Shown here in pieces: positions 24,344 through 26,382 of a stretch of DNA of 26,382 bases. The stretch is taken from the IMG/VR virus record IMGVR_UViG_3300032225_001248, positions 1 to 26,382 of that record; one strand, written 5' to 3'. The translations under genes and the position numbers were made by a program. Positions within the stretch are counted from its first letter, which is position 1. Every line of letters starts with the position of its first letter. The notes beneath the pieces are model-generated. The model ran no database searches, was not told the DNA's origin, and saw only the letters and a program-made list of their open reading frames with translations. This stretch comes from a virus (Duplodnaviria > Caudoviricetes).

Positions 24344-25081
24344 TTACATTCTTACTATTACTGCGTTAGAAGGTGTACTGTCGGTTACAACAATACGACC
24401 TGCGGAATCTCCTTTTGATGGAGATTTACCATAAATTTTTGGTGTTCCTTGTGTATCTTTGGCATTAGGATCAAACCTTTGGTCTTCCCTTCTAGCTCTA
24501 AGTCTAAAATATAATTCGTGTGTTTTTGCATATTCATTTGCTTCAGTTAATTCACCATTCAGATTTAATTGATTTTTCTTTTCATCATACTTACCACTAA
24601 CACTCATTGGTCCAATATACATATAATCGATTGGTCCACCCATTTTTTCATTACCAACAACAATTTTAATTTTGTCTTTACTTCCTATTTTACCATAAAC
24701 ATCTGGAACTTTATCACCTACTACTAATTTTTCTTTGTGTACCAAATGTTCAAATGCTGTTTTCATAAATTTTTTTGCTATACCAGGAACAGCTAATTCT
24801 AAACCTTTTAGTCCACCACCAGCAAGCGATGGTGCAGATTCACCTTTTAATGATAAATTAAGTTGTTCGGTTTTTTTACCTTTGATAACATTAAATACAA
24901 CATCTGTATATGGTTCTGAACCACCAGCTTGGCGACCACCATATTTTTGTGCTCCAGTAACACCAATTATTTTTGTTTTACCGGCAATAACAGTTATTGG
25001 ATTATTTTTATTTTTTTTGACAGCATTATTTACACTATCAATAACACCTTTTTCTTGTCTTTCAGCTGATGCACCTGCCAT
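24344..25081 (-). CDS. Restriction-endonuclease-like PD-(D/E)XK nuclease
   Basis: N-terminal ERQE helix, PYTDVV, LNLSLK (SxK variant); basic protein with a late promoter and a sequestered SD. Confidence 0.6.
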   Translation of the reverse strand: MAGASAERQEKGVIDSVNNAVKKNKNNPITVIAGKTKIIGVTGAQKYGGRQAGGSEPYTDVVFNVIKGKKTEQLNLSLKGESAPSLAGGGLKGLELAVPGIAKKFMKTAFEHLVHKEKLVVGDKVPDVYGKIGSKDKIKIVVGNEKMGGPIDYMYIGPMSVSGKYDEKKNQLNLNGELTEANEYAKTHELYFRLRARREDQRFDPNAKDTQGTPKIYGKSPSKGDSAGRIVVTDSTPSNAVIVRM

Positions 25082-25086
25082 TATTA

Positions 25087-25110
25087 ACTCCCAAATAAGG
25101 AGTATTTATC
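25087..25110 (-). promoter_or_regulatory. Late promoter overlapping an SD-sequestering hairpin
   Basis: Minus strand GATAAATACTCCTTATTTGGGAGT: GATAAATA at 25110-25103; stem ACTCC(T)/(G)GGAGT hides the GGGAG SD of the gene starting at 25081. Confidence 0.75.
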
Positions 25111-26215
25111 TGATAATTTGAATATCTTTGCCTGAAGTCCATACTTCAAGTTCATTTCGAATTCTATTTTCAGACTTCAATGTATCATATCTATTTGATG
25201 CTTTTTGTTTCCACCAAGCAACAACATTATTCAATTCATGTTTATGGTAATTTTCACCTGGTAATAATTTATCTGTTCTACAGTTCATGAAATCTACCAT
25301 ATTGGAAAATCCATAATCGGATGTGTAATATCTTTTCTTTTCTGTCAACCCTTTAGCGTTCTCAATCGTTAGCTGGAATGCCTCCCCTTCAGAACTACCT
25401 TTAAGTGCCGCTTTAGTTAAAGCTATAATCTTGGTAAAGGTTCTAAGTTTTCTACTAGTGGTTGACGTATCACCAGCCAATAAATCTCCAGTGAATCCTT
25501 CCACATAATCTTTTAGTGCATGATATCTTGGTCCGTGCATCATTGGTACCATATCAGATTCAGTAAGACCTTGATATCGAATATATGGTTTCATACCATC
25601 ATATTGTGATACTGATTTTGTTGTACCATACAAACTGGTAGTTTCAAACAAACAAAGTTTCATACCATACTTCTTATTACACATTTCTCTAACTGTATGT
25701 GAGGTACAGATGGCAGATAACAATTTACCACCAAGATAATTAAATCCAAAAGGTTGTGCTGGTACGATAACAAAACCCATAATCGTGGATTGATTAAATC
25801 GTTTGGCTGTGTCTGGATCCTGAATCCAGACCTGTCCTAACAAATCATTTCTTGGTTTCATATAGATTACTGGTGAACCAAGACGAATAAAACCAAGAAT
25901 CTTTCCTGTGTTCTTCTCCTTGACAGCCAACTGAATATTTCTACCAACTGGTGCCTTGTTGACATGAGATGAAGTAATGGCAACTAATGTTTCCCATGTA
26001 TCATTTGGTATCTCACACAATTCAATCTCCATATCACTTGGATGCATTGAGAAATCTGAAAACAAATCATCTTCTGGTGGAAACAATGATGCTGGTATTT
26101 CAGCAACAGATTTTAGTTTCTCATCACGCATGTATTGTTCAATACTTCCCATGTCACTAAAATATTCATGGAAAGCATTTGAACAATATAATGCCTGTTC
26201 TCTAGTCAATATCAT
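25106..26215 (-). CDS. DUF4338/DruA-like protein (by recall), function unknown
   Basis: PVGR...GKILGFIRLGSP, VPAQPFGFNYLGGKLL, FETTSLYG, SQYDG motifs; coupled to the helicase stop by ATGA. Confidence 0.65.
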   Translation of the reverse strand: MILTREQALYCSNAFHEYFSDMGSIEQYMRDEKLKSVAEIPASLFPPEDDLFSDFSMHPSDMEIELCEIPNDTWETLVAITSSHVNKAPVGRNIQLAVKEKNTGKILGFIRLGSPVIYMKPRNDLLGQVWIQDPDTAKRFNQSTIMGFVIVPAQPFGFNYLGGKLLSAICTSHTVREMCNKKYGMKLCLFETTSLYGTTKSVSQYDGMKPYIRYQGLTESDMVPMMHGPRYHALKDYVEGFTGDLLAGDTSTTSRKLRTFTKIIALTKAALKGSSEGEAFQLTIENAKGLTEKKRYYTSDYGFSNMVDFMNCRTDKLLPGENYHKHELNNVVAWWKQKASNRYDTLKSENRIRNELEVWTSGKDIQIIR

Positions 26216-26382
26216 ACTTTAAATCCATCAAATGATTTTTTCTTTTGTCTTTCACGGTCACCAAATGTATTGATTGGTTTATCTACGATACCAGCATCAG
26301 CAAGACCATCTTGACCTGATTGTTCAACATCATACAGTCTCATCTTTGCACGGTCAACACCAAGTGTGAATCGTTTGTACAT
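26212..26382 (-). CDS. 41: C-terminus of T4-like replicative helicase gp41 (partial)
   Basis: Hand translation: MYKRFTLGVDRAKMRLYDVEQSGQDGLADAG...SFDGFKV*, matching the gp41 C-terminal RF..G.DRAKMRLYD pattern. Confidence 0.85.
   Translation of the reverse strand: MYKRFTLGVDRAKMRLYDVEQSGQDGLADAGIVDKPINTFGDRERQKKKSFDGFKV

Noticed and set aside
1946-26222. Plus-strand ORFs in the track (for example 4485-4709, 7237-7584, 11841-12092, 16600-16938, 24735-25121)
   Set aside because: Each lies antisense to a well-supported minus-strand gene and shows the Phe/Leu/Ser-rich composition expected from reversed Lys/Glu codons, with no recognisable motifs.
1-26382. Alternative genetic code (stop reassignment)
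   Set aside because: Standard code gives full-length, tightly packed genes, and TAA, TGA and TAG all end genes at expected positions (for example TAG after CGCGSSFTV).

Overview
This window is 26.4 kb of an AT-rich T4-like (myovirus-type) phage genome, with all credible genes on the minus strand. The host is probably a Gram-negative beta/gammaproteobacterium, inferred from the spanins and the proteobacterial-type IscU/ErpA. In transcription order (right to left) it holds: the C-terminus of the gp41 helicase; a DUF4338/DruA-like gene; a late-gated restriction-like nuclease; a nine-gene sugar-nucleotide/glycosylation cluster; a late block of predicted capsid-packaged proteins; a lysis region (spanins, GH19 endolysin, membrane proteins) interrupted by a 15-codon CxxC micro-ORF plus iscU and iscA/erpA; then primase gp61, thyX, a MazG-like dUTPase and a class I ribonucleotide reductase alpha subunit that runs off the left edge and is absent from the ORF track. 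The best candidate for an undescribed system is 12.6-17.0 kb. It encodes a KxDG ligase-like protein, a split PD-(D/E)XK-like nuclease and an HIGH-type nucleotidyltransferase fused to a P-loop kinase. Three of these four ORFs carry T4-style capsid-targeting N-termini, and the block is 9-13% His with no Trp or Cys. Next to it lie polyproteins of basic peptides separated by prohead-protease-like Glu sites. Also found were a nested out-of-frame gene with its own expression signals and two promoter/RBS-hairpin switches. Family names (DUF numbers) are from recall of motifs and were not verified by any search.
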